Assembly (NCBI GenBank): GCA_964434235.1
Contig: CAYSUN010000003.1
Span: 1 to 49,323 of the forward strand
Direction: 5' to 3'
Source of the DNA: an uncultured Gammaproteobacteria bacterium
GTDB taxonomy: Bacteria; Patescibacteriota; Patescibacteriia; UBA11705; JABHMO01
Length of the DNA stretch: 49,323 bases
The position numbers and the translations under genes are program-made. The notes under the pieces are model-generated. The model did not search any database. It was given only the letters and a program-made list of their open reading frames with translations, and had not been told where the DNA came from. Each line of letters opens with the position of its first letter. Position 1 is the first letter of the stretch. Of the stretch, positions 18,206-29,700 are shown piece by piece.

Positions 18206-19486
18206 TTACATCATCTTACGACGAATAAAAGCTGGAATTTCTAAATCTTCATCATCTCCTGCTGTTGAATCTTCAGAAGTATTTCTAATTACATCGTCAG
18301 GGTTAATTTTATCAGGATCTTCTGGTGCAGGCTCCAATGTATCTTTTTCTAATTTTTTGGCATCATAATCAAAACCATAGTCCATTCGATTTTTCCCTAA
18401 ATTAGAAACTACTTCATCTTTTTCTTTTTCTGGATAATCTGTTTTAAAAGATGTTTCTATTGGTCGAGCAGAAAAATAGTTCGGTGCACTTTTTACAGCT
18501 TGAGAATTTCTTAACATTGGATTTTTATTAGTCAAATCATCAAAACCAGTTGCCACAACTGTAATCTTTACTTGATCTTTTAGATTTTCATCCACAACTG
18601 CTCCGAAAATTATTCGAGCATCATTATCCACTGACTCTGTAATAGCTTTGGCCGCTTCGCTAACTTCATACATGGTAATATCTGGACCACCAGTAATAGT
18701 AAACAAGATTCCTTTGGCCCCTTCTATAGATAATTCTAAAAGCGGACTAGCAATCGCAGCTTTAGCTGCTTCAATTGCACGATTATCACCAGATGCTTCC
18801 CCCATACCCATCAAAGCAGAACCGCTAGTTTCCATAATAGTTTTTACATCAGCAAAATCCACATTAATCAACCCTGGTAAAGTTATCAATTCTGAAATAC
18901 CTTGCACACCTTGACGCAAGACTTCATCAACAACTCCAAAAGCTTCTAACAATGGAGTTTTTTTATCTATAATTTGCCAAATTCTATCATTTGGGATAGT
19001 AATAAGAGTATCAACTTTAGTACTTAAATCAGCCAAGCCATCTTCAGCCACTCTTTTTCTTGGACCACCTTCAAATGAAAATGGTTTTGTAACTACAGCA
19101 ATAGTTAAGGCTCCTAGCTCTTTAGCAATTTCAGCTACCTTTGGCCCTGCACCTGTTCCAGTTCCACCGCCAGCCCCATACGTGATAAAAACCATATCCG
19201 CTCCCTTCAAAGCTTCTCTGATCTCATTTTGGGACTCTTCTGCAGCTTTTCTACCAATAGAAGGGTTCATTCCAGAACCTAGACCACGGGTTGTACCTTT
19301 CCCAACATGAAGTTTTGTTGTTGCTAGACTGCTTTGCAAAGCCTGCAAATCAGTATTTACAACAATAAATTCAACGCCCTTAACTCGGGCTTGAATCATT
19401 CTATTGATCGCTGAACCTCCCCCCCCGCCAACACCAACAACTTTGATTTTGGCAAATGTTTGAATTTCTGGTTTAACTTCTGGCAT
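18206..19486 (-). CDS. ftsZ: Cell division protein FtsZ
   Basis: [33 protein letters not shown] and C-terminal LEIPAFIRR. Confidence 0.99.
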   Translation of the reverse strand: MPEVKPEIQTFAKIKVVGVGGGGGSAINRMIQARVKGVEFIVVNTDLQALQSSLATTKLHVGKGTTRGLGSGMNPSIGRKAAEESQNEIREALKGADMVFITYGAGGGTGTGAGPKVAEIAKELGALTIAVVTKPFSFEGGPRKRVAEDGLADLSTKVDTLITIPNDRIWQIIDKKTPLLEAFGVVDEVLRQGVQGISELITLPGLINVDFADVKTIMETSGSALMGMGEASGDNRAIEAAKAAIASPLLELSIEGAKGILFTITGGPDITMYEVSEAAKAITESVDNDARIIFGAVVDENLKDQVKITVVATGFDDLTNKNPMLRNSQAVKSAPNYFSARPIETSFKTDYPEKEKDEVVSNLGKNRMDYGFDYDAKKLEKDTLEPAPEDPDKINPDDVIRNTSEDSTAGDDEDLEIPAFIRRKMM

Positions 19487-19518
19487 ATTTTATGGAAAAT
19501 ATTTAAAATCTATTTTTT

Positions 19519-19599
19519 AACAGAAGAAGGGATAGAGGAGCGAGAAGGGCCTTGGTAGAAAAAAATTCTACCCCCTCTAACTCCTCTGCCCCCTCTGTT
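19519..19599. other. Long imperfect hairpin between ftsA and ftsZ
   Basis: Nested arms aacaga/tctgtt, agaggag/ctcctct and ggtagaa/ttctacc. Confidence 0.6.
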
Positions 19600-19628
19600 T
19601 ACTGATATTTTACCTTATCACAGTTATA

Positions 19629-20879
19629 TCAAGAAATCAAATTCTTTATCCATTTTGTCATTTTATTTGCAGCCTCTTTAACTGACTTAAATTGATTGGA
19701 AAAACCAAACTTTCCTAAACCTTTTTCGTGCATCACATTATACCCCCACATAACCAATCCAAGTCCAGTAACAAATGATAAATCATTAACCTTATCTACA
19801 GCTGTATTAAATTTTTTACTTGCCCCAAGAGCTACAGGAAGCATTGTTTTTCTCTTTGCAACATCGATAATCCCAGTTAATTTTGCTCCTCCACCAATCA
19901 AGATTAAACCAGCTGGCAAAAGACCACTACGATTTATTTTTTGTAATTCTTCATCTACTTTTCTAAAAATTTCTTCAACTCTAGCTTCGATTATATCAGC
20001 AATGTAAACTTTGGAAAAAACTTGATCATCACCACCATACTCTCGAAGATTTACTTCATCTTCCTTAGTAAAATTTTGTGGGTTCGCACTACCTATCTCT
20101 AATTTTATTCTTTCAGCAACATCTAATGATGTTTGTAAGCCAATCGCTAAATCAGCAGTAATATGATCCGCTCCGATTGGTAAAACAGAAATATGCAACA
20201 CATCACCTTCTTCAAAAACAATAATTTTAGTTGTTGAAGCACCAATATCAACCAAAGCCACACCAAGTTCTTTTTGTCTTGGCGAAAGCACAGCCTCAGA
20301 AGCTGCCAAATTGCTCATAACTAAATCATTAATATCTAATCCAGTTCTATAAATACATTTAGTTAAATTTTTTACTTGAGAATTCAAAGCTCGAATAACT
20401 TGAGTAGTAACCTCAAGTCTAATTCCTGACATACCGATTGGATCTTTAACTCCAGATTGATTATCAATTGAAAAACTTTTTGGAATAACGTGTAAAATTT
20501 CATAATTTACAGGTGCAGCCACAGATCGAGCAGCTTCGATGACCCGCTCAACATCATTTTCTTGAATTTCTCCACTAGTTCTAGAAATAGCAATCACTCC
20601 ATTACTTTCTTGTGAAGAAATGTGTGTGCCACCAATACCAACCCAAGCATTTTCAATTGGCAAACCAATCATTCTTTCGGCTTTTTCTAAGCAAGCTGAA
20701 ATACTGGAAACAACGTCTTCAATACTAACAACTGAGCCCTTATTTAAACCAAGAGCCGGCACCTCTACAACACCAATAACATTTAATTGTTCAGTGTCGC
20801 CAGCTCTAGAAGTTTGTCCAACAACTATGCGAATACTAGAGGAACCAATATCTAAACCTGTTATTATATTTTCTACCAT
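19629..20879 (-). CDS. ftsA: Cell division protein FtsA
   Basis: GLDIGSSSI, DPIGMSGIRLE, VDIGASTT, GADHITADLA, AERIK, EARVEEI, LIGGGAKL. Confidence 0.98.
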   Translation of the reverse strand: MVENIITGLDIGSSSIRIVVGQTSRAGDTEQLNVIGVVEVPALGLNKGSVVSIEDVVSSISACLEKAERMIGLPIENAWVGIGGTHISSQESNGVIAISRTSGEIQENDVERVIEAARSVAAPVNYEILHVIPKSFSIDNQSGVKDPIGMSGIRLEVTTQVIRALNSQVKNLTKCIYRTGLDINDLVMSNLAASEAVLSPRQKELGVALVDIGASTTKIIVFEEGDVLHISVLPIGADHITADLAIGLQTSLDVAERIKLEIGSANPQNFTKEDEVNLREYGGDDQVFSKVYIADIIEARVEEIFRKVDEELQKINRSGLLPAGLILIGGGAKLTGIIDVAKRKTMLPVALGASKKFNTAVDKVNDLSFVTGLGLVMWGYNVMHEKGLGKFGFSNQFKSVKEAANKMTKWIKNLIS

Positions 20880-20931
20880 AGATTTTAGGTAATTAAAACA
20901 ACTCGGAATAAGTTATTTCTTACATACCATT

Positions 20932-20960
20932 ATAATACCTTTTTTATTAATTTTCAGCAA
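20932..20960 (-). promoter_or_regulatory. Possible promoter for ftsAZ
   Basis: TTGCTG-17 nt-TATTAT, with an overlapping TATAAT. Confidence 0.5.
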
Positions 20961-21011
20961 GGCACAAAAAGCCCAAACTTAGGGGATAATCTCCTAGTTT
21001 GTACACTAAAA

Positions 21012-21371
21012 TTATTCAAGTAAATATGGAACAAAAATAAATAAAGCAATTACTACGCTTGCAACTGAAGCGACCAAAACAATGGCGGACATAATGTCTT
21101 TAACGTCTTTTACATAATCGTGAAGCCTTGGTTTATACAGATCAACCAATTTTTCAAAAACTGTATTTAGCATTTCCAAAATCAAAACTCCAGCAATCAT
21201 CAAAACTATGAGCGACCACTGCCACAATTTAATCCTAAAAAAAACACCAAAAAAAAGAACAACAAAAGTCAACAAAATATGAATTTTAAAATTTTGTTCA
21301 CTTCTTAGCAAAAAAGCAAAACCGCGGAAAGCATTTTTAAAACTTTTAACTAATCGATTAAATTTAAGCAT
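21012..21371 (-). CDS. dgkA: Diacylglycerol/undecaprenol kinase (DgkA family)
   Basis: SFKNAFRG, EQNFKIH, LEMLNTVFEKLVD, VKDIMSA; three TM segments; follows ybeY. Confidence 0.92.
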   Translation of the reverse strand: MLKFNRLVKSFKNAFRGFAFLLRSEQNFKIHILLTFVVLFFGVFFRIKLWQWSLIVLMIAGVLILEMLNTVFEKLVDLYKPRLHDYVKDVKDIMSAIVLVASVASVVIALFIFVPYLLE

Positions 21372-21777
21372 ACATTTTCTTTAAAATTTTTCTTTCCAAA
21401 GCTTCCATTTTTTCAGCCTCAGAAACTTTTTCATGATCATACCCTAATAAATGCAAAAAACCGTGCAAAGCTAAACGCACAATTTCTTTGGCCGTTGAAT
21501 TACCATAAGCTGGAGCTTGTTTTTCTGCTTGCTTGGGACAAATAATAATTTCACCCAAAAAGTTTTTCTCAGCCCAAACCCCCTTTTCTGAGAAAGATAA
21601 AACATCTGTAATTTGATCTTTTTTTCGATAAATTTTATTCATTTTTTTTATGGTTTGAGGTGTGACAAAACCGATAGAAACTAATTTGTTTTTTTTACAA
21701 GCAACATTAAAAATAGTCTCAATGTTTTTTCTAGGACAACTATATTTTGTTTGATTATTAAACTCAACTTTGATCAT
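21364..21777 (-). CDS. ybeY: rRNA maturation factor YbeY
   Basis: YRKKDQITDVLSF, LGEIII, HGFLHLLGYDH. Confidence 0.96.
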   Translation of the reverse strand: MIKVEFNNQTKYSCPRKNIETIFNVACKKNKLVSIGFVTPQTIKKMNKIYRKKDQITDVLSFSEKGVWAEKNFLGEIIICPKQAEKQAPAYGNSTAKEIVRLALHGFLHLLGYDHEKVSEAEKMEALERKILKKMYA

Positions 21778-21780
21778 AAT

Positions 21781-22974
21781 TTAAAACTCAACTGGTGGAG
21801 CTGTATCATCATCAAGGGCAGGAATCACTAAATCAACATTACTTGGAGTTTCAACCGTGTCTAATTGTTCAAACTGAAAACTATTTACAACTAAAGCAAA
21901 AATATTTGGGAAATTCGCTTCTTCCTTCAAACCAATATTATAATTAAGTGCGTAAACTCTTTTCTTGTCCGGTGATTCAATATAAACAGAAAAACTATCA
22001 GGACTTTCGACTACGTCCAACTTATTATATGTTTGATAATGTTTTAACTGACTAATAAGAACAGATGGGGCCATGCCCAAATACCAATTATCCAAACTTT
22101 GACCGGGAAGTTTATCGTAAACAAATATGTTAATAAATTCATTTTGATTAGAGCTAATCATTAAATCGTTTGGATTATTTTGATCAAGTGGCTGAACCAA
22201 CCAAGTCGTTGGATATAAAATTTTATAACCGTAAACTTTGTTCGTATAATAATCCACACAATCTTCTTCCCACAAACGAACACTAGTATTTTGGGTTGGA
22301 CTATAAAAATTCATAATCTCTTCCTGATCTTTGTAAACATCACCATCTGTATCAACTAAATTTTCGTTTGTACCAAAAATAACTTCTTCAGCATCAGTTA
22401 ACTTATCATTATCTTTATCAGGACCACTTAACAATTTCAAACTAAACTGACTAATTGAATCTGGATTAAACTTTGCCACTTCTGTTACGACTGGTTCTTC
22501 GACAACTTCTGGCTCTTCAATGATTGGTTCCTCAATTATTGGTTCCTCAACGATAGGCTTAACTTGAGGCTCTGGCGCAACAACGACTGGTTGGTCACCA
22601 TTTGTTTGAACAACTGGCTTATCGAAACTCTTGTACAACAAAAACCCAGAAACACCAAGAACAACAACCAAAACAACAACAATTATTAAATTCATTTTGC
22701 CCTTGCTCGCAGGATTTTTAGCTGTTGGCACCTGTGGTGTACCCGTACCGCCAACATTCGCTGTCCCCTTTTTAATATTTATTGGTTTGTTCGAATTAGT
22801 CGCTGACACAGTTTTATTTCCCAAATAATATTCCATCGGCATTGTATGGATTTCTGTTTTTTCTGGTGTCGAAGGTTCATCTTTTTTTTGAACCTCAGGT
22901 GTTACTGCGCCTAATTTTTCAGGCCCAGGAACTGGCCCACTCGAAGCGGGTGTTTTTGTGTTATCGTCGAACAT
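21781..22974 (-). CDS. Single-TM protein with EEP-rich linker, DxDxD repeats and a PsbP-like C-terminal domain
   Basis: TM LIIVVVLVVVLGVSGFLLY; (EEPII)n linker; DKDNDKLTDAEE, DTDGDVYKD; YTNKVYGYKILYPTTW...VVNSFQF. Confidence 0.8.
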   Translation of the reverse strand: MFDDNTKTPASSGPVPGPEKLGAVTPEVQKKDEPSTPEKTEIHTMPMEYYLGNKTVSATNSNKPINIKKGTANVGGTGTPQVPTAKNPASKGKMNLIIVVVLVVVLGVSGFLLYKSFDKPVVQTNGDQPVVVAPEPQVKPIVEEPIIEEPIIEEPEVVEEPVVTEVAKFNPDSISQFSLKLLSGPDKDNDKLTDAEEVIFGTNENLVDTDGDVYKDQEEIMNFYSPTQNTSVRLWEEDCVDYYTNKVYGYKILYPTTWLVQPLDQNNPNDLMISSNQNEFINIFVYDKLPGQSLDNWYLGMAPSVLISQLKHYQTYNKLDVVESPDSFSVYIESPDKKRVYALNYNIGLKEEANFPNIFALVVNSFQFEQLDTVETPSNVDLVIPALDDDTAPPVEF

Positions 22975-23005
22975 ATTAAGTATTAAGTATTAAGTATTAA
23001 GTATT
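22974..23005. repeat. Heptamer tandem repeat (TATTAAG) x about 4.5
   Basis: tattaag at 22974, 22981, 22988 and 22995, then tatt; abuts the start codon. Confidence 0.9.
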
Positions 23006-23019
23006 TTTTAAGAAACTAA

Positions 23020-23709
23020 CTAATTAAGAAGCAAACCATCACCTTTTGGGTTATAACCATTATCAACTTCTTCGCCATCTAAATAACCATCATTATCTGT
23101 ATCAGAATTAAGCGGATCAGTAGTATAATCTTTAACTTCCCTATAATCATCCAAACCATCACCATCTGTATCAACTTTATTTAAATTAGTTCCAAGTGTA
23201 ATTTCCTCTTGATCAAGTAAGCCATCGCCATCTGTATCCAATTCCACTAAAATTGGGGATTCGATTTCAACCTCAGCATTTTCATCAAACATAATTTCAT
23301 CTTCACTTAAATATTCATCATCATAATTCTCATAAATATCTTCATCGAAATATTCATCATCAGAAGTATCAAATTTTAGACTTGCATCGCCAACTTTATT
23401 TGTATCTTCAGATTGGCCAAGCCCAAAAACACCAGTCTTTTGAGTAAAATCAATTAAAAAGAAAATCATCCCAACAGCCACCACAACAATGGCCACAATA
23501 ACCACTATTTTCTTTTTTTTACTTGGCGATATTTTAGGAGTTAACTGTTTTTCTTCAACAATAGGTTGAACAACTGGCGTTACTGGCGCTGGCTCTGAAA
23601 CTGAGCTTACTTGTTCAATTGGTTCTTTGTCTGATTCAAGTTTTTCCTTACTTAAATTGTCGAACATATCTTCTACTGGTGGTTGAGTTTTTTCTTTGTC
23701 TTCAAACAT
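23020..23709 (-). CDS. Single-TM acidic protein with three TSP3-like DTDGDG repeats
   Basis: TM IVVIVAIVVVAVGMIFFLI; DTDGDGLLDQEE, DTDGDGLDDYRE, DTDNDGYLDGEEVDNGYNP. Confidence 0.85.
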   Translation of the reverse strand: MFEDKEKTQPPVEDMFDNLSKEKLESDKEPIEQVSSVSEPAPVTPVVQPIVEEKQLTPKISPSKKKKIVVIVAIVVVAVGMIFFLIDFTQKTGVFGLGQSEDTNKVGDASLKFDTSDDEYFDEDIYENYDDEYLSEDEIMFDENAEVEIESPILVELDTDGDGLLDQEEITLGTNLNKVDTDGDGLDDYREVKDYTTDPLNSDTDNDGYLDGEEVDNGYNPKGDGLLLN

Positions 23710-23732
23710 AAAAATATATAATTAATAGCAAA

Positions 23733-26700
23733 TTAATAAATGTATTGATCTTCTGGAATTTGTGTGGGTTCTGGCAAGGTCACAATATTAAGCATTACGT
23801 TTTCAAGCTGACTTTCCAATGTTGTTGGATTTCCTTGCAACCAAACGCCTTGATAGTTTAGATCAGCAATACAATCAGTTGGACACAAAGGCAAGCCAAA
23901 AACAGGTTCAGCTGAACAACGTTTACCATTCGCTACATTTAAACAACCCTCACCGTCTGTACATGCTTGGCAAATACCATTAACACAATCTCCAGCACAA
24001 TCAAAATCACTGCTACAAGAAAGACCTGCACAAAGCCCATGATATCTATGCCAAAATTGGTATTTTAAATCTGTTTCATCTAAATTTATACTTCTGATAT
24101 AGAATAAATGAAATGGTGTTCTATTAGTATTGATGAGTCCTATTGTGTTTGCTCGATTTTCAAACTCAGTATAATCGTCAGCATCAGTTAAAACAACATA
24201 AACATGGTGTGAGAAATTAACTGGTACAGAATTTTTCACCTCACCAAAATTATACAGATACCGACCATCATTATAAGTTTGCTCAACCCTTGATGCTATT
24301 TGAGCAGCACCATTATAATTATATGGCGAAGCACATTTATCATAAATACCTACCGCACATTTGTTCTGACAATTACCGGTGGTACATACCTTCTGACAAA
24401 AACCAGATGCACACTGTGAATTGTTTTCACAACTTACAGATGAACACCTACCAGGTTCGCCACAATTATAAGTTTGAGCACAAGTCGCCGGTGAATCTAT
24501 ACAATTTTCCCAATTTTCAGAACAACTTAACCACTGAACAAAATTCTCAGCATTTCCCGCTGGATAATATTCCTTTCTTAAATCTCCCGAACGTGAAGTC
24601 TCTAACATATAATAAGCATTTTCACCAAACACATCATCAATACCATTTATGTGAGTACCATCAGCCTTATCAATTCCATTAATCATTTTTTTAATAATAT
24701 CTTGATGAACCCTATCTGGATCATACGTTTGCATACTGCCACTAGTATCAGCAAAGAAAGTAAATAAAACTTTTTTATTTTCATAATCATCATAAGGACC
24801 CTTGCAATCTTGATCATTATTTACGCAAGTTTGCACACTTGGATCACAATAATCAATCAAATAATCGCCATCATTATCAATACCATCACTACACTGAGTT
24901 GGATAAGTTTCATTTCTATCAAAAGCTGAGTCACAGCTTGGGTCAGCAGGCAAAAACTGCACACTACTATTATAAGTATTGCAATAATTATTTGACGCAG
25001 TACAATCATCACAACCCGCAAAATCACACGTACCATCGCCATCATTGTCCCAACCATCATTACAAATATAATCAAAATCTTCTAAAGAATCTGTAATGGA
25101 ATCACACCCAGGGTCACCACCAATTTCAGAATAATCAGTAAAGCCATTGCCATCATTATCAATACCATCTGAACATTGACCAAGAAGATACTCTTCTGGA
25201 TTATCGGGTGGCAAAGCAGGAGAAATCCAATCATCAGAATCAAAACTTGGTGTGACTATAAACTTATAAGTATCATAAGCTGGTCCTGATATTTCAAGAG
25301 CAAACTTCAAATCAAAAGCTGAACTATTGCCAGTTGCAAAAGGGTCTGTTCTAAATGAATAAACATAATGGGCAAAAGGATCTTCGTCATAATAATTAAA
25401 GAACCTTTGCAATTCACTATTGTAACAAGTTAGTTTGTCATAACCGATTGGACAATTTGAACAAAATTCCCCCGGGATCACACATTGATAATCACTAGGA
25501 TTGCCACCAAACTCAACTGGGCACCTGTTTGGCTGTTCTCCTGGCTCAAGCTGCTCAGCTTCACACACTGCTCCAGTATTAATAACATTAGTTTTTACCC
25601 ACTTAAAGTGATTCAAAGGATCCACTGGCAATGATTGTTGCAAGGTGTTCCCAAATTCATTTTGCCAAGATGGCCAAGAACTGAAAGTTCTACCTCGAAC
25701 ATAAGTACCAGATGCTAATTGTGGAACTTGTCCATTGTGAGTTGATTTGTAAATATTTAAATATTGTCGCATCAAAACCATATCCATAATACGACGAGTA
25801 TCTCTAATAAGCTTAGATTTTTCTGGTTGCACACCTTGATTCGTTACCATGTTAGTATTGAACCAAAGAAGATTAACCATTTGAGCATAAATATTTTTCG
25901 TTGCTTCATTAGCATTCAAAGTGTAGCCAAGAACATAAATATTATTATAAATTCTATTTTCAGTTTGACCATTTGTTTCTGCTACATTACTGGAAGCCAC
26001 GTAAACAGTTGCACCGTCTTGAACACCATCATAACAAAATTTACCAAAGTCATCTTCCTGACAATCCAAAGCAATCTTGTTTGGATTAGGGGTTGGATTT
26101 GGAGCATACTTTTGATACCAAATTTCTGGCGGTAAATTTTCTGAATTTTCATAAATTCTCAAAGAAATTGCATCCGCTGCATAATCATTAGTTGGGTAAG
26201 GCAAACCAGTACTTGGATCAACTTTATCGTTTACTCTAATAAAGAAATATTGCTCAAATAATTCAGGCTCTTCCCACGGATCAGTATAACTTTTACATTT
26301 TGGATCACCAATCCAAGTATCTGCATTATAATCTTTTTCGCCATCACCATCATTATCAATTCCATCATTACATTGATTTTGGAAATCACCAGAAAGTTGA
26401 ACCCACGGTAATTGTGATTCCACAAAAAATCCTTGATCTTTGGCTAATTCAGTCAGATTCATGTGATAAAAATCTCCACTCAAACATTTTGAATTCATGT
26501 CATCCAAACTACAATGAGCAACTGAACGATTATTACCAGTTACGTCAAGAACATTGTCATCAAATGTCCATAATCCTTTTAGATTTGGCTCACTTGTCGG
26601 ATCAATAATTTTATTAAGATTTGGGGCAAGGTCATCAGTATCCCAAACGCTAAACTCATCAACAAAACCAGCCAATGAAACTGAAGCTGTTCCAGTTTTT

Positions 26701-29700
26701 CCTAGCCCTCCAATATACAAATCACTATAACCATAACCAGGTGACGGTGGTTCTGTCAGGTTTACTGGCCAATAATTTAAATCATCAATACCAAATTCGT
26801 CTGGTACAGTAGCCACTTCTTCTCCATTAACATAAAGATGAGAAGTGTTTACGCCATCAAAAGACAAAGCAATATGATTAAAGCCACCAGAAAGTAAACC
26901 AGCTCCAGCTTGCGTTGTTCTCACTATTTCTGCTCCATTTGTTTTTATTGAATAAACAATTGAACGCTTATCTGTACAACCAGTACAATTGTTTGTATTA
27001 GCAAAATTACCATAAGCATATTCACAACCATTATCACAATTTTCACCCCAATATCGAAAAGCTAATTGAACGTGATTATTGGTACTAGGATCTTGATCTA
27101 AATTCTTATAAAAAAGTCTAGAAAATTTACTATCAGCATATCCTTCATGATAAACCCAAGATTCAATCATCCAGTCGTTATTTGGACTTGACTCTGAACT
27201 CATAAAGCCAAGATTAGAATCTGAGACTTGAACATAATCTTGATTTCTATCAAAATAAATTCCGTAGCGTGGAGTTACTTCTTTGGTAATAAATTCACCT
27301 AGACCGATATCCACCTTTGGCAAATCATCAGCAAAACCAGGATTACCAAAATCTCGACAATAAAATAATCCTACATTGAAATTCTTTTCATATATATAAG
27401 TTGTTTGATATTCTCCAGTACTAATCAAATTAGTAAATTTACCCCAACGATTTTCACCATTGTTGTCAGGATCTGGCGCATAAGCTGATGGTTCCCAAAG
27501 ATTGTCACAAAGCAAAACTTGGTATTTAGCATTGCCAGTTGTTTTTTCACCAACTGAACTTAATTCTTGACCAAGAAAAGTACCCATTTCTTCGGCTATC
27601 TTATCAACAACAATTACAACATTAGCAGAAATATTAGCTGTACCATTTTTATTATTACTAACTACTTCAACAAATTCATAATCCATTGCTTCGTCTGGTA
27701 ATGGTTGCTGAGCATCTTGATAACAAACCCCAGCGCCATTAGCATAAATATAATCAGCACAACCGGCCATACCAAGGATTAAACTTTCATCACTAATTTT
27801 CCAATCGTACACCCATTCATAAACACCTGGTGATTCAACAATTGGCTGATTACCTTTTCGAGCAATTGCGTTGAAAACAGTTTGCGTATTCGGTTTTGTA
27901 ACAAAAGTTTGTCCAGGTGTTACGGCTACATTATCCACTCGACAAATTTCATTACCAGTAACAAACACACTTGAAATATCACCAAGATTTTCGCCACAAC
28001 TATTTTCAAGATCTTCAAACTTGATAAGATATTCTTTATTTGCCAACAAAGTTGCACTTGGCGTAATAGTTACAATAGAATCACCACTAATACTTTCAGA
28101 AATAGAATATTCTTGTTCAACTTCACAATAACCAGCCTCAGCAAGACCAACCTTAACAAACATATTTTTTACAAACATTTTGACTTTTTGATAAGTTTTA
28201 TTGAAAAAGCCACCTTCATAACTGATATCTGGACAAGATCCAGAAAAACCAAAATAAACCGAACCTTCAGGCAAAACTACTTGCTGATCAAAAGCTACTA
28301 AAACTTGAGAATTCAAACAAACATCTGTTTCATTATTATAAGGATGAGAGTGATTATTATCGATAGAAGCTGAAGATTCACAAATTTCTATTGTGTCTTC
28401 TTCTGAATTATCCCCACAACTAGAACACTGTGGATCAGCTGGATAATCAATTGCTCCGTCCCCATCATTGTCTTGACCATCTGAACATTGAGCAGGTGTT
28501 TGTGAATTATCAACATTTTCACCATCAGTTGGTGAAGTACAATCTGGATCACAAGTATTACAGAGTTGACCAGCCTCACAAAAATCAAACAAACCATCAC
28601 CATCATTATCACGGCCATCACTACAATTGCCTATTTCATCAAGTTCACTGGTATCGCCAGCTGCTTGACAACCAGGATCTCTAGGCAAGAAAGTTGTATT
28701 ACTGTTATGAGTACCGCAATAATCATTATCATAATTACACGTACAACCTTGAGCTCCATAATCACAAAATCCATCTCCATCATTATCTAAACCATCACTA
28801 CAAGCCACATTTTCACACGATCCACCCTCTGAATCATCTTCCGAACTTTCGCAACAAGTATCATCAAGATCAACCAAAGTATCAGAATCATCATCAAGTA
28901 AATTATTACACTGTTTTTTTGTTCCCGGTGTATCTGAATAATCCGAAACATTCGGTAAAATATCTTTATACTTATTAATTAAATAAGGATCATTTGTTCT
29001 ATATTTCAACTTACCAAAACCAGTTTTAGGACTAGCGTCCTCAATCATGTTCGCTGAAATATTCGTAACTGCCTGAATGTAATTAGTTACTACATTATAT
29101 TCAAAAATATAGGCATTCTCATTATTTCTAGTTAAAATAACTGATTCAACATTTCCACTTGGAATAACCGTGGCAACATCATAAGGAGCACCCTTAATCG
29201 CCCCAGCTGGGCAGGTATTGCCTTCACTTGGATCACACGATAAATCATATTCACACTCTGGGTCTTCACCTGGTTCGAATAAAGTATTTCCATCTTGACA
29301 ATAAGAACCATATTCAGTTTGTGAACCTTTATTTATACATGAAGTTGAACAATATTCTGGAAATGTACAAACACAATTGGCTGTACCAAAAATACAACTA
29401 GCCCCATCAGGCCCTAAATATTTACATTCAGCTTCACAATCTTCATCAGGATCAAGAGATGAACCTCCGCCACCTAAATAATTTTCTCTTACTCCATTTC
29501 CACAGCAATTATTACATGAACAAGCTGGATCTGAACTATTACAATTAACTGTTTTTAAATTTTCAATGCAAGTGTCAGCTTCTGTTAATTGACACGCCCA
29601 AGGATAAACATTATCTGCTGTACATTCACTGCAATTAATAACCTTTTTACCGTAAATAGTTTGATTACCAGCCAAAGGATCAGCCACACAACCTGCAGTC

